NCBI GenBank assembly: GCA_001798855.1 | Contig: MGQQ01000144.1 | Location: forward strand, 6,711-70,710 | DNA from: Deltaproteobacteria bacterium RBG_16_49_23 | GTDB lineage: Bacteria; Desulfobacterota; BSN033; UBA1163 | DNA: 64,000 nt | Reading direction: 5' to 3' | Shown here: in pieces, positions 1 to 8,985 of the stretch | Numbering within the stretch: the stretch's first letter is position 1 | How the letters are laid out: every line of letters begins with the position of its first letter | Translations under genes and position numbers: made by a program | Notes under the pieces: model-generated | What the model saw: only the letters and a program-made list of their open reading frames with translations | What the model was told of the DNA's origin: nothing | The model's database searches: none

Positions 1-2
1 GG

Positions 3-383
3 GGAAGGATTGTTGAAGGACTCAGGGAGGCAGGTCATTTCACTCAGATCCCCTGGGTGAAAAGACAGTTTATCGAAAAGCTTTCTATCGACCTCTATCC
101 GGGCACCTTAAATCTTGATATCCTTGAACCCGAATCTATAGTGGCCTACCAAAACCTCAAAGCCCAAAGGGGCATAGAAATCATTCCTGAAGATCCCTCT
201 TTTTGTAGCGCCCGGTGTTACCTCGTTCTCATCAATGGCCTGTTAAAAGCCGCCATCGTCTTGCCCCTGGTCGAGGGTTACCCCGATAATAAAATGGAAT
301 TGATCGCACCTCAAAATATCAAAGAGGCGCTTTCTGTTGCGACAGGGGATATTTTAGAAGTGGAGGTAATCGAAAGTTTTTAA
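3..383 (+). CDS. CTP-dependent riboflavin kinase-like protein (DUF120/RibK fold), 5' end runs off the window
   Basis: The frame stays open from nt 3, upstream of the listed Met. The pattern GRIVEGLREAGHF...YPGTLNL...MELIAP...GD..EVEV matches archaeal-type riboflavin kinase domains. Confidence 0.6.
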   Translation, partial: GRIVEGLREAGHFTQIPWVKRQFIEKLSIDLYPGTLNLDILEPESIVAYQNLKAQRGIEIIPEDPSFCSARCYLVLINGLLKAAIVLPLVEGYPDNKMELIAPQNIKEALSVATGDILEVEVIESF

Positions 384-429
384 TATTTCATGAGTCAGCG
401 GCACATAAAAACACAAAATAAAAGGACCC

Positions 430-996
430 TCACCCTTTTTCCCAATACAACAACTTCTTAATCTTCTCGAGCAACATCGGCCTGATTTCCGGTCTCTTCA
501 CTCTTGTCACTTCCTTCCACTCTTTCCAGTCTCCAAGAAGATCGTGATAGAGGTTGGCGCAAGCCTTTTGACAAAAAACTTTTGCATCCGGATCCACTTT
601 TTTAACACAGGATTGAAGCTCCTGGAAAAGGCGGTCTTTCTCCTCTTCTTCTTCCATGTGGAACATCAACACTTTCGATGTCTTCGAGGATTGGCTCGAC
701 CCAAACTTGCCTTTCACATAATGATCCCCAAGATAATTTTTTTCATACTCATCCAACACCTCCAAACAGTCTTCCTTATTCTTAAGCACAGCCACGACCT
801 TCCAGCAGCGATAAGCCTCCTTTAATTCAATTTCTTCCTTTCCCTCCTGAAGTTGCTGATAGAGGTTGGTGATGCAGGGGACACAGCGACCGTAAATATT
901 TCCCTTGGTGGCCCGGAGTTTCGGGTCGCTCTCAAAACTGACCCAGTTTTCCCTGGACTCTCTCCAGAACCTCTTGTCCAGAAAGATCCTTTTCAT
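430..996 (-). CDS. hypothetical protein (189 aa from the internal Met)
   Basis: Long ORF. The listed start at 1083 would overlap the upstream flavin-reductase gene, while the Met at 996 removes the overlap. No family recognised. Confidence 0.45.
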   Translation of the reverse strand: MKRIFLDKRFWRESRENWVSFESDPKLRATKGNIYGRCVPCITNLYQQLQEGKEEIELKEAYRCWKVVAVLKNKEDCLEVLDEYEKNYLGDHYVKGKFGSSQSSKTSKVLMFHMEEEEEKDRLFQELQSCVKKVDPDAKVFCQKACANLYHDLLGDWKEWKEVTRVKRPEIRPMLLEKIKKLLYWEKG

Positions 997-1040
997 TCGC
1001 TTTGATCCATTTTTCCCAAAAACTGGAAATATCAGAAAAC

Positions 1041-1517
1041 CTATACCGATTTCAGGGTGAAAAACCCACCATCCTTGCACCAAAGGAGAGGGGAATTGCC
1101 CATATCCTTCTGACTTGTCACCTTACCGATAAAGAGATGGTAGTCGCTAATATCGTAGCGAGTTGTAACCTGGCATTCAAACCAGGCTGAGGATCCTTTC
1201 GGGACCGGAGGCTTTCCAGGCTCTCCGGAAACGGTTTCAAAAGTGATCTCTTTAACCTTCTCTTCTCCGCTCATGCTTCCCATTCTTAAAGCCAATTCCT
1301 TCTGAGTCCCAGAAGCAAGGACGAGGGTGAATCTCCCTGATCCCTCGATCAGCTCGGAGGTAAGATGCCCCTTTGCCAGACTCACTGCCAAAAGGGGCTC
1401 GGTTTCTGAAATTACAAAGGCTGTAGCCGTCATGATGTCCATTTTCCCTTGGTAAGCCGTACTCACAAAAACGACTGGACAAGGAAGTTGATAAGAGGCC
1501 CAATTTACTTTGAACAT
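1041..1517 (-). CDS. flavin reductase-like FMN-binding domain protein
   Basis: PCPVVFVSTAYQGKMDIMTATAFVISETEPLLAVSLAKGHLTSELI..GRFTL is the typical flavin_reduct/flavoredoxin pattern. Length is about 160 aa. Confidence 0.7.
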   Translation of the reverse strand: MFKVNWASYQLPCPVVFVSTAYQGKMDIMTATAFVISETEPLLAVSLAKGHLTSELIEGSGRFTLVLASGTQKELALRMGSMSGEEKVKEITFETVSGEPGKPPVPKGSSAWFECQVTTRYDISDYHLFIGKVTSQKDMGNSPLLWCKDGGFFTLKSV

Positions 1518-1720
1518 AGCTCCTTCCTCCTTTGAAGAAATATTTCTAACATTATAACAAACACCCTCCCCATTTTAAACATTTCCTTTATAGGATTCCG
1601 TGTGTCGCTTCCACGCGACTCTCTTGAGAAGAGGAATGATTCGGGCCGTGTTCCCCGTGGCAAGGCTCAGAAAATGTTTTATGTTGATTACCTTCATAAT
1701 TTAACATACCATACCTTAAG

Positions 1721-3022
1721 ATGAAGCCCAAGGGGGGAGTTCGATTGAAGAAAAACACCATCATTTTGATATCAACATTAGATACGAAAGGCTCCGAGGC
1801 CGCTTTTCTGAAAAGCCTGATTCAAGGAAGAGGCCATCGGGTCATTCTTCTCGATACCAACACGGGGGGGGAACCCTCTATACCCCCTGATATTTCTGCT
1901 AAAGAAGTTGCCAAGGATGGTGGATGGAATATTGAAGAAGTGAGAAAGATGAAAGGGACAGGTAAGGTCGCCTCGATCATGATTGATGGCGCCATTAAGA
2001 AAGTCAAGACCCTTTTGGAAAAGGGAGAGCTTCATGGGATCATTTCCTTCGGAGGAGCGAGCAATACAGCGATCGCAACAGCCATCATGAAATCCCTTCC
2101 CTTTGGGATCCCTAAAGTCATGCTCTCGAGTATGGCTGCCGTCCCCGCTTATGCAGGAGGGTATTTCGGCACAAAGGATATCGCTATCTTCCATTCAGTA
2201 GTGGACGTTGTAGGATCTAATCCCTTTGTCGAAGATGTATTAAAACGAGCAGCGGGGGCGATCTGCGGAATGGTGGAAATGGGAGGAGGACTTGCCTCTC
2301 TTTCCAAAACCACTCATAAAAAAGATTTGATCGCCTTAACGGAGTTTAAATTTTCAGAGGAATGCTGTTCTCACATCAGACATCTTTTAGAAGAAAAGGG
2401 ATTCGAAGTAATCCCTTTTCATGCCCAGGGAATGGGTGACAGGGCAATGGAGGATTTAATCGGAGAAGGGCTCTTCCAGGGAGTGATGGACATTGTCCCC
2501 GCAGGTGTCAGTGAAGAGCTATTAGGGGGAAACCGGGCCGCGGGTCCGAGTCGCTTGGAGAGAGCTGGAGAAATGGGAATTCCTCAAATCGTTACGCCTT
2601 GTGGATTTGATATGTTGAGCTGCGGGCCTTTGGAGAGAGGCGATCGGGGAGACCCCCTATGGATTTCAAAGGATATCAAGAATAGAAAACTTTTCATCCC
2701 GGACGCCTTCAGGGTTCAAGCCCGTACATATTCTCAAGAATTGAGGGAGATTGCGAGAGAGGTGGCCAGAAAATTAAATCAATCAAAAGGACCTGTCGCT
2801 ATGCTCATTCCATTAAAGGGATGGTCTTCTCTCGACAAGGAAGGAATGCCTCTCTATGATCCGGAGGCTGACAAAGCCTTTGTCCAAGAACTAAAAACGC
2901 ACCTCCATCCTAAGATCCCCCTCATTGAAATCGACCTTCACCTCAATACCCTTGAATTTGCCGAAGAAGCTGTGAAGCAATTTATCAAGCTTTACCCCGT
3001 TAGAAAATCTTCCACTTTCTGA
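1721..3022 (+). CDS. UPF0261 / Tm-1-like ATP-binding domain protein
   Basis: N-terminal IILISTLDTKGSE motif and a length of about 430 aa are typical of UPF0261. The last 10 codons and the stop lie inside MITE copy A1. Confidence 0.6.
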   Translation: MKPKGGVRLKKNTIILISTLDTKGSEAAFLKSLIQGRGHRVILLDTNTGGEPSIPPDISAKEVAKDGGWNIEEVRKMKGTGKVASIMIDGAIKKVKTLLEKGELHGIISFGGASNTAIATAIMKSLPFGIPKVMLSSMAAVPAYAGGYFGTKDIAIFHSVVDVVGSNPFVEDVLKRAAGAICGMVEMGGGLASLSKTTHKKDLIALTEFKFSEECCSHIRHLLEEKGFEVIPFHAQGMGDRAMEDLIGEGLFQGVMDIVPAGVSEELLGGNRAAGPSRLERAGEMGIPQIVTPCGFDMLSCGPLERGDRGDPLWISKDIKNRKLFIPDAFRVQARTYSQELREIAREVARKLNQSKGPVAMLIPLKGWSSLDKEGMPLYDPEADKAFVQELKTHLHPKIPLIEIDLHLNTLEFAEEAVKQFIKLYPVRKSSTF

Positions 3023-3118
3023 CGGGAAAGCTCACGCGGGGCATTAAACCCAGTGTTCGCTGAAAAAGGAACAGCCATCCTCCCCGCTTCGAGCCGCGGG
3101 GTTTTCTAACGGGGTAAA
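2991..3118. mobile_element. MITE-like element, family A copy 1 (divergent)
   Basis: Terminal inverted repeats TTTACCCCGTTAGAAA ... TTTCTAACGGGGTAAA with internal GCGGGG/CCCCGC hairpins. Related to the copies at 29063, 32577 and 45906. Confidence 0.7.
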
Positions 3119-3136
3119 GAGATCTTTATGAAGGGG

Positions 3137-4042
3137 TCATGGCAGTGGCGGAACCAATTCTTTTTTCAACTCCTTCACCATCTTCAGAAAGGCTTCGCTC
3201 GGAGGGGAGAGAGATTTTTCGCTGTGGTAGATGAGATCGGTAAAGAAAATGATATTCCCCTCTTCAAGGGAAATGACTTTTAAGGTTCCCTTCTCCAATT
3301 CCTCTTTGATGTCAGGCTCAAACATGAAGGAAACCCCTTTATTCTGCTTCACGTATCCCACTATAAAGTCCAAACTACTTGCCTCCATAATCACCGATGG
3401 CCAAATCCCATATTCCTGAAATTTTCTCAGAACGGCTGCTCTTGAACCGGATCCCTTCTCCCTCAAAATCACCGATTCACCATTCAGTTCTCTCAGAGAG
3501 ATACTCTTCCTCTGTGAGAACCTGTGTTCAGGTGAGGCAACCAGAACAAACTCTACTGTTGAGAAAAAGAGGGATTTGATTTTTCGATCCAGATTAAGCT
3601 GGGAGATAAGGGCTAATTCATTTTTCTTCTCGAGGACGCTCTTGGCCATATCCTCGGAATTCCCTTCATCTAAGATGACTTTGATACGCGGGTATCTTCT
3701 CTGAAACTCGGAGAGCAAGGAAGGCATGATGTAGCGGGCATAATTTTTCGTTGCTCCAATTTGAAGAGTCCCTCTCATCAATTTCTTGAAATCCCTCATC
3801 TTCTCGTTGGCATCAGATACAAGTTCGAAAATCTTCTCTGCATATTGGTAGAGAAGCTCTCCCGCTTCGGTTAACTGCATTCTTTTCCCAACTTGTTGAA
3901 TGAGTTTTAAATTCAATGATTTTTCAAAGGATTTGACCTGGATCGTCACAGCAGGTTGGGTGACATTTAATTCTTCCGCCGCCCGAGTAAAACTCTTTCT
4001 CTTGATAACTAAATAAAATGCTTCCAACTGTCTGAGATTCAA
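3137..4042 (-). CDS. LysR family transcriptional regulator
   Basis: N-terminal HTH MNLRQLEAFYLVIKRKSFTRAAEELNVTQPAVTIQVKSFE plus a substrate-binding domain of about 200 aa. Divergent from the 4374-15903 array. Confidence 0.9.
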   Translation of the reverse strand: MNLRQLEAFYLVIKRKSFTRAAEELNVTQPAVTIQVKSFEKSLNLKLIQQVGKRMQLTEAGELLYQYAEKIFELVSDANEKMRDFKKLMRGTLQIGATKNYARYIMPSLLSEFQRRYPRIKVILDEGNSEDMAKSVLEKKNELALISQLNLDRKIKSLFFSTVEFVLVASPEHRFSQRKSISLRELNGESVILREKGSGSRAAVLRKFQEYGIWPSVIMEASSLDFIVGYVKQNKGVSFMFEPDIKEELEKGTLKVISLEEGNIIFFTDLIYHSEKSLSPPSEAFLKMVKELKKELVPPLP

Positions 4043-4090
4043 AAATCCTCCTAAATCAATAACTAAGATTATTTAACACGCAAATAAGGA

Positions 4091-4144
4091 CCACCCCCCT
4101 CCCTCACCCTCCCCCTCTGAGGGGGGAGAGGCGGGGTGGGGGTG
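4091..4144. repeat. GC-rich hairpin repeat (GGGAGAGG family)
   Basis: CCACCCCCCTCCCTCACCCTCCCCCTC-TGA-GGGGGGAGAGGCGGGGTGGGGGTG is a near-perfect palindrome. Confidence 0.75.
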
Positions 4145-4288
4145 CTTATTTTCATGCTTCGTAGTGCCCATGTGGGGCATGGAGATTTGGATAGAAAAAT
4201 CATAAAATTAATGTACTAAAACCCTTTGAAATAAAAGAGTTTTACGGATTACTATAAGTTTTTTTTATGGTATTATAAGAATAATTAC

Positions 4289-4302
4289 ATTGACTTGTCA
4301 AT
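4289..4302. promoter_or_regulatory. perfect dyad ATTGAC-TT-GTCAAT, candidate LysR operator
   Basis: 6-bp inverted arms in the AT-rich divergent control region between the LysR gene and the first array gene. Confidence 0.3.
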
Positions 4303-4373
4303 TCTTTAAAATGTAGTTTTTATTACATACTAACTTATAATTGAAAATTATCGTTAGGAAAGGAGAGAAAATT

Positions 4374-5990
4374 ATGCCCCAATATGATGGCATTATCATT
4401 GGTGGTGGGCCAAACGGACTCACTTTAGGTTGCTACCTGGCCAAGGCAGGGCTCAAGATTCTTATTTTAGAGAAGAGATACGAAATGGGAGGAGGCCTCT
4501 GCTCAGAGATGATCACCATCCCAGGCTTCATCCACAATACCCATGCGATCTACCATCCCATGGTGGATTACGCTCCGGTCTTTGCAGATCTCCAATTAGA
4601 TCAAACCTACGATCTGAAATATATCCATCCCGAAGTCGTCATGGCTATGCCCTTCTTGGACGGTAGGAGTCTCTGTATCTACTCTGACGTGGAGAGGACA
4701 TGCTCATCCTTCGCCCAATTTTCAAAGAAAGACGCAGATGCCTATCGGGATACTTATAAACGGTTTAAGGGATATGTAGACGCATTTCTTGGACCCGCCA
4801 CTTACGATATGGCCAAACCAGCCATTGAACAGGTGATTAAACTCCACTCTAAACCATTAGGTCAAGAGATCAGTGTACTTTCTGAAAAAAAACCGATCGA
4901 TATCATCCATGGGATTTTTGAAAATAATCAAGTCAGAACATTGATGCTATATGTTACGTGTATGTGGGGATTGGATTATGACTTAGAAGGACTCGGGTAC
5001 CTCGTTCCCCTCATGGTCAATCGAGCCGCAAATTACAGGCTCTGTATGGGTGGCTCCCACCACATGGCCAATTTGATGTCAAAATTTCTCTACCGACACA
5101 GAGGGATGATTTTGGGGAGTCAGATCATCAAGAGAATTATTGTCGAAAACGGGACTGCAAAAGGCGTTGAATTAGACGATGGAACGGTTTATGAGGCAAC
5201 GAAATTTGTTGCCTCCAGCATCGATCCTTATCAAACCTTCCTGAAGTATATCGGAGAGAAGAACCTCTCAAAAGATTTTGTTACGCGGACAAAGGACTGG
5301 AAATGGGAAAAATGGTCCCTCTTTGATGTCCACCTTGCGCTTTTTAACGCACCCCAATTTGTTGCTGCCGCTTCGAACCCCGATCTGAATAAAGCCTTTA
5401 TTTATGTTCTCGGATTTGAGACGGAAGAGAATCTGATCGATCATTTTAAAGCCTTAAAAAATGGAGAGATCAAGCCATCCGGATTCAACTGCTGCTTCCC
5501 AACCGTTTTCGATCCCTCAGAAGCGCCTCCAGGGAGACACACCGGTTTAATATCAGAACATGCACCTTACCGTTTGAAGGAAGGGGGCCCCGAGAGATGG
5601 TATAAGATCCGTCAAGAACATGCCAAAGAGCTCATCGATAAGCTCAAAAAATATGCACCCAACATGAGTGAGGACAACATCCTCTGGACCTACATCGCCT
5701 CTCCCCTCGATATCGAAAACAAATTCGCGGATATGGTGGAGGGATCGATTAAACAGGGAGGTTACTACCCTCTTCAAATGGGATATCTCAGACCGAATGA
5801 ACTTTGTTCTCAATACGCAACGCCCATTAAAAATCTCTACCTTTGTGGCGCTTCCACTTTCCCTGGAGGCCTGGTCACCTATGGCGCAGGATATAATGCG
5901 GCCAATCGAATTGCTCAGGATCTCGCAATTAATAAGTGGTGGAAAGAACCTGAGATCGTGACGAAGGCAAAGGCAGAAGGTTTGTTATAG
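4374..5990 (+). CDS. FAD-dependent oxidoreductase, phytoene desaturase (CrtI/COG1233) family, paralog 1
   Basis: Dinucleotide-binding motif [44 protein letters not shown] Shine-Dalgarno sequence before the ATG at 4374. About 540 aa. Confidence 0.8.
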   Translation: MPQYDGIIIGGGPNGLTLGCYLAKAGLKILILEKRYEMGGGLCSEMITIPGFIHNTHAIYHPMVDYAPVFADLQLDQTYDLKYIHPEVVMAMPFLDGRSLCIYSDVERTCSSFAQFSKKDADAYRDTYKRFKGYVDAFLGPATYDMAKPAIEQVIKLHSKPLGQEISVLSEKKPIDIIHGIFENNQVRTLMLYVTCMWGLDYDLEGLGYLVPLMVNRAANYRLCMGGSHHMANLMSKFLYRHRGMILGSQIIKRIIVENGTAKGVELDDGTVYEATKFVASSIDPYQTFLKYIGEKNLSKDFVTRTKDWKWEKWSLFDVHLALFNAPQFVAAASNPDLNKAFIYVLGFETEENLIDHFKALKNGEIKPSGFNCCFPTVFDPSEAPPGRHTGLISEHAPYRLKEGGPERWYKIRQEHAKELIDKLKKYAPNMSEDNILWTYIASPLDIENKFADMVEGSIKQGGYYPLQMGYLRPNELCSQYATPIKNLYLCGASTFPGGLVTYGAGYNAANRIAQDLAINKWWKEPEIVTKAKAEGLL

Positions 5991-6000
5991 GAGGTCAAAG

Positions 6001-6237
6001 ATGAAAGTCAATTCGACAGGTTTGGGCCAGACAACGATGACTGCGGCCTTTACCCAGCTTCTCAAAGATCCGGATGGAGGGGACACCTTAAAATTGAAGA
6101 TCGAGTCTTCAGAACCCATCCATTGGGTGATTACAGCTACTCTGGAAGGAGCGGACCTGAGGAACTTCATCAAGCTCCTCATTAAACCCTCTATCCTCTA
6201 TTATGCCATTGCGTTGATGATGAAAAAAAAGAAATAG
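6001..6237 (+). CDS. small hypothetical protein (78 aa) between the two CrtI-family paralogs
   Basis: GGAGG Shine-Dalgarno sequence 6 nt upstream. Spacing is tight: 10 nt after the upstream stop and 16 nt before the next start. Hydrophobic, Lys-rich C-terminus. Confidence 0.5.
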   Translation: MKVNSTGLGQTTMTAAFTQLLKDPDGGDTLKLKIESSEPIHWVITATLEGADLRNFIKLLIKPSILYYAIALMMKKKK

Positions 6238-6253
6238 AAAAGGAGGAAACCCC

Positions 6254-7921
6254 ATGCCGGATACAAGTTATGATGCGATTGTTATTGGCGGAGGACACCA
6301 CGGGACGATCATTGCCTGCTATTTGCAACACGCAGGTCTCAAAACATTGGTCTGCGAACGTCAACATGAATTAGGGGGAGGTGCCTGCGGTGAAGAGCTT
6401 CCCCTACCCGGATTTATCCAGAATACATGCGCCCACTTCACCCGCGTCTGGACCCACCCAGTTTACACCGACTTCAATCTGAGGGAATATGGTCTAAAAT
6501 ATATCTTCCCGGAACAGAATGAAGGGATGGTTTATCCGGATGGAACCTGTTTTGTCGGTTACTCAGCCTGGAAGGTAATCGATCCTGTAACGGGAAAAGA
6601 AGAACTTTCGAATGAAAATGTGAAGAAGACCTATAACGAGATCGCCCGCTTCTCCAAAACGGATGCGGAGACCTACCTCGATATCCTCGGAAAATATCAG
6701 AGAAAGTGGAGGGCTGCTTTTCGGGAATATCGTTATAGTCCTCCCACGCCGTGGGGAGTCAAAAATGCCCTTGAAAAACTCTGCGGTGATCCTGTGGATG
6801 GAATTGATCCTGTTTATCAATTCATGACAGGCTCCCAGATCGCCAAAGACCTTTTTGAAAGCCCTGAACTCCAGTGCCTCTTTATGAGGGCCATCGAAAC
6901 CTCAACAGGCTGCTTCCCCGGCGATGTGATTGGCCTCTATGTTTTTGTCCATGTGATTGCCCTCACCCTTTCTTTTGAGTCTGTCTCCATTGTGATCGGT
7001 GGAACCCACACCATCACACATGCCCTCCAGAGGGCCTTCAGCGCCATGGGAGGGGAGTTCTGTGTGGAAACCGAAGTGGATAAAGTTCTTGTTGAGAATG
7101 GAAGAGCCAAAGGGGTCAAACTTTCGAATGGGATAGAGGTTGAAGCAAAACAGTTGGTGGTCAGTGATTTAGGGATCCCCCAGACTATCTTCAGGCTTTT
7201 AGGAGAAAATCATGTGACACCAAAGGTTGCACGGCGCATACGAAATATCCGGTATGACCGCAGCCAGATTTATTGGGGAAATATGGCCATGCACGAACTC
7301 CCCAAATATAAAGCGGTCTCCTTCAATCCAGATATAGGCAGTCAACCTCGACTCTACATGGGAGATAAAGACCCTGAATACCTCTCCTGGAAATACCAGG
7401 CGGACATCTTTACCAAGGGATTCCCTGAAAAGTGGTATATGCTCGCCGCCCCAGACTCCATCTGGGACAAGACCCGGGCGCCTGCGGGAAAACACACTAT
7501 TTTGGTTGAAGAATTCGCCCCCCCCCTTCACCTCTTTTCCGAGAGACAATGGCTCAAAATGAAGAAAGAGGTGGAAGATTTAATGTTGAAACAGTGGCAG
7601 ATCTATGCCCCCAATATGACCCGTGACAATGTCATTGAGGCCTTCATTACCACCCCCTATGATACAGTCATGCGAAACATCGACATGCTGGAAGGAGGTT
7701 GGGCCGAGGGGGCCATGTTTGCTTCCCAGGCCGACCGATTCAGACCCATTCCAGACCTCTCGGGCTATCGTCTTCCCTTTCTCAAAAATATGTATATCTG
7801 CTCTTCCAACATGCATTCCGGAGGCGGCATTGCTCGAGGCTCCAGTTACAATTGCTTCAAGGTCATTGCAGAAGACTTCAAGTTAGAGAAACTCTGGGAG
7901 ATAAAAGGAAGAGCTTATTAA
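6254..7921 (+). CDS. FAD-dependent oxidoreductase, phytoene desaturase (CrtI/COG1233) family, paralog 2
   Basis: YDAIVIGGGHHGTIIACYLQHAGLKTLVCERQHELGGG. It aligns by eye with paralog 1 along its length. AAGGAGG Shine-Dalgarno sequence. Confidence 0.8.
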   Translation: MPDTSYDAIVIGGGHHGTIIACYLQHAGLKTLVCERQHELGGGACGEELPLPGFIQNTCAHFTRVWTHPVYTDFNLREYGLKYIFPEQNEGMVYPDGTCFVGYSAWKVIDPVTGKEELSNENVKKTYNEIARFSKTDAETYLDILGKYQRKWRAAFREYRYSPPTPWGVKNALEKLCGDPVDGIDPVYQFMTGSQIAKDLFESPELQCLFMRAIETSTGCFPGDVIGLYVFVHVIALTLSFESVSIVIGGTHTITHALQRAFSAMGGEFCVETEVDKVLVENGRAKGVKLSNGIEVEAKQLVVSDLGIPQTIFRLLGENHVTPKVARRIRNIRYDRSQIYWGNMAMHELPKYKAVSFNPDIGSQPRLYMGDKDPEYLSWKYQADIFTKGFPEKWYMLAAPDSIWDKTRAPAGKHTILVEEFAPPLHLFSERQWLKMKKEVEDLMLKQWQIYAPNMTRDNVIEAFITTPYDTVMRNIDMLEGGWAEGAMFASQADRFRPIPDLSGYRLPFLKNMYICSSNMHSGGGIARGSSYNCFKVIAEDFKLEKLWEIKGRAY

Positions 7922-7932
7922 AGAAACAATAC

Positions 7933-8036
7933 AAAATGATCAATTAGCAATTCGCAATGATCAATGGAGACCCACAGAAGAGGAAACACCCATTAACTGA
8001 CCAATGCAAAATGGTCGATGAGCAATGCTCAATTGG
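7933..8036. repeat. CAATGATCA/ATTGG-rich intergenic repeat (family E)
   Basis: AATGATCAATTAGCAATTCGCAATGATCAATGG ... CCAATGCAAAATGGTCGATGAGCAATGCTCAATTGG. Related blocks lie at 15281, 57306 and 62223. Confidence 0.55.
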
Positions 8037-8057
8037 ACCGCATAGAAAGGGAGATAG

Positions 8058-8810
8058 ATGAGACTCAAGGATAAAGTGGCCGTCGTCACAGGGGCTGCCA
8101 AGGGCCTGGGAAAAGAATTCTCTATCGGTATGGCAAAAGAGGGGGCCAAAATCATGGCTGTCACCCGCAGGGATCTCACCAACCTGGAGAAAACCGTTAA
8201 GGAGATTGAAGTCTTGGGCGGATTGGCGAAAGCTCTCCAGGCTGATGTCTCTATTGAAAAGGATGCGATCAAGATCGCCGAAGAAACATTTAAGTCCTTT
8301 GGCAGGATCGATATCTTAGTCAATTGTGCCGCTATCTACGACGGATTGGTTCGAAAATTTTTCACGGAGATAGATCCCAACGAATGGGATCAGGTGATGG
8401 CCGTGAACGTCAAAGGCCCCTGGCTATGCACAAGGGCTGTATTTCCTTATATGAAACAACAGGGAAAAGGAAAGATTGTCAATCTCTCTTCTGAAGTATT
8501 TTTTACGGGGTCCCATGGTTTGATCCACTATGTGTCCTCTAAGGGAGGGGTAATCGGGTTAACCCGGGCCCTTGCCATTGAATTAGGGCCATATAATATT
8601 AACATTAATACCGTTGCGCCAGGATTTACAGATACAGAGGCAAGTCGTCATCTCGCCGATGTGACTAAATACGATGTGAGTAAAACTCCTTTAAGACGAC
8701 TGGAACAACCCAATGATCTTCTCGGCGCTGTCATCTTCCTCGCATCCGATGAAAGCAATTTCATTACCGGGCAAACCATTTTAGTAGATGGTGGAAGGGC
8801 AATGCATTAG
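8058..8810 (+). CDS. short-chain dehydrogenase/reductase (FabG-like SDR)
   Basis: TGAAKGLG cofactor motif, NCAA motif and the catalytic S...YVSSK motif. 250 aa. Confidence 0.9.
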   Translation: MRLKDKVAVVTGAAKGLGKEFSIGMAKEGAKIMAVTRRDLTNLEKTVKEIEVLGGLAKALQADVSIEKDAIKIAEETFKSFGRIDILVNCAAIYDGLVRKFFTEIDPNEWDQVMAVNVKGPWLCTRAVFPYMKQQGKGKIVNLSSEVFFTGSHGLIHYVSSKGGVIGLTRALAIELGPYNININTVAPGFTDTEASRHLADVTKYDVSKTPLRRLEQPNDLLGAVIFLASDESNFITGQTILVDGGRAMH

Positions 8811-8985
8811 CCCTTTCAGTTATCCTCCGGCTGCTTAATGCTATTTCAGGTAGTCACATTTCATCTTTGGCACGATGAGGGCGTTTTAGGTGGGGCTTCC
8901 TCTTACCCTGTTCACGCTGTGGTGCAACTCCATACGAAATCAACTTTATCACACAAATGAATAACAAACGGAGGATGCTTAAAGG

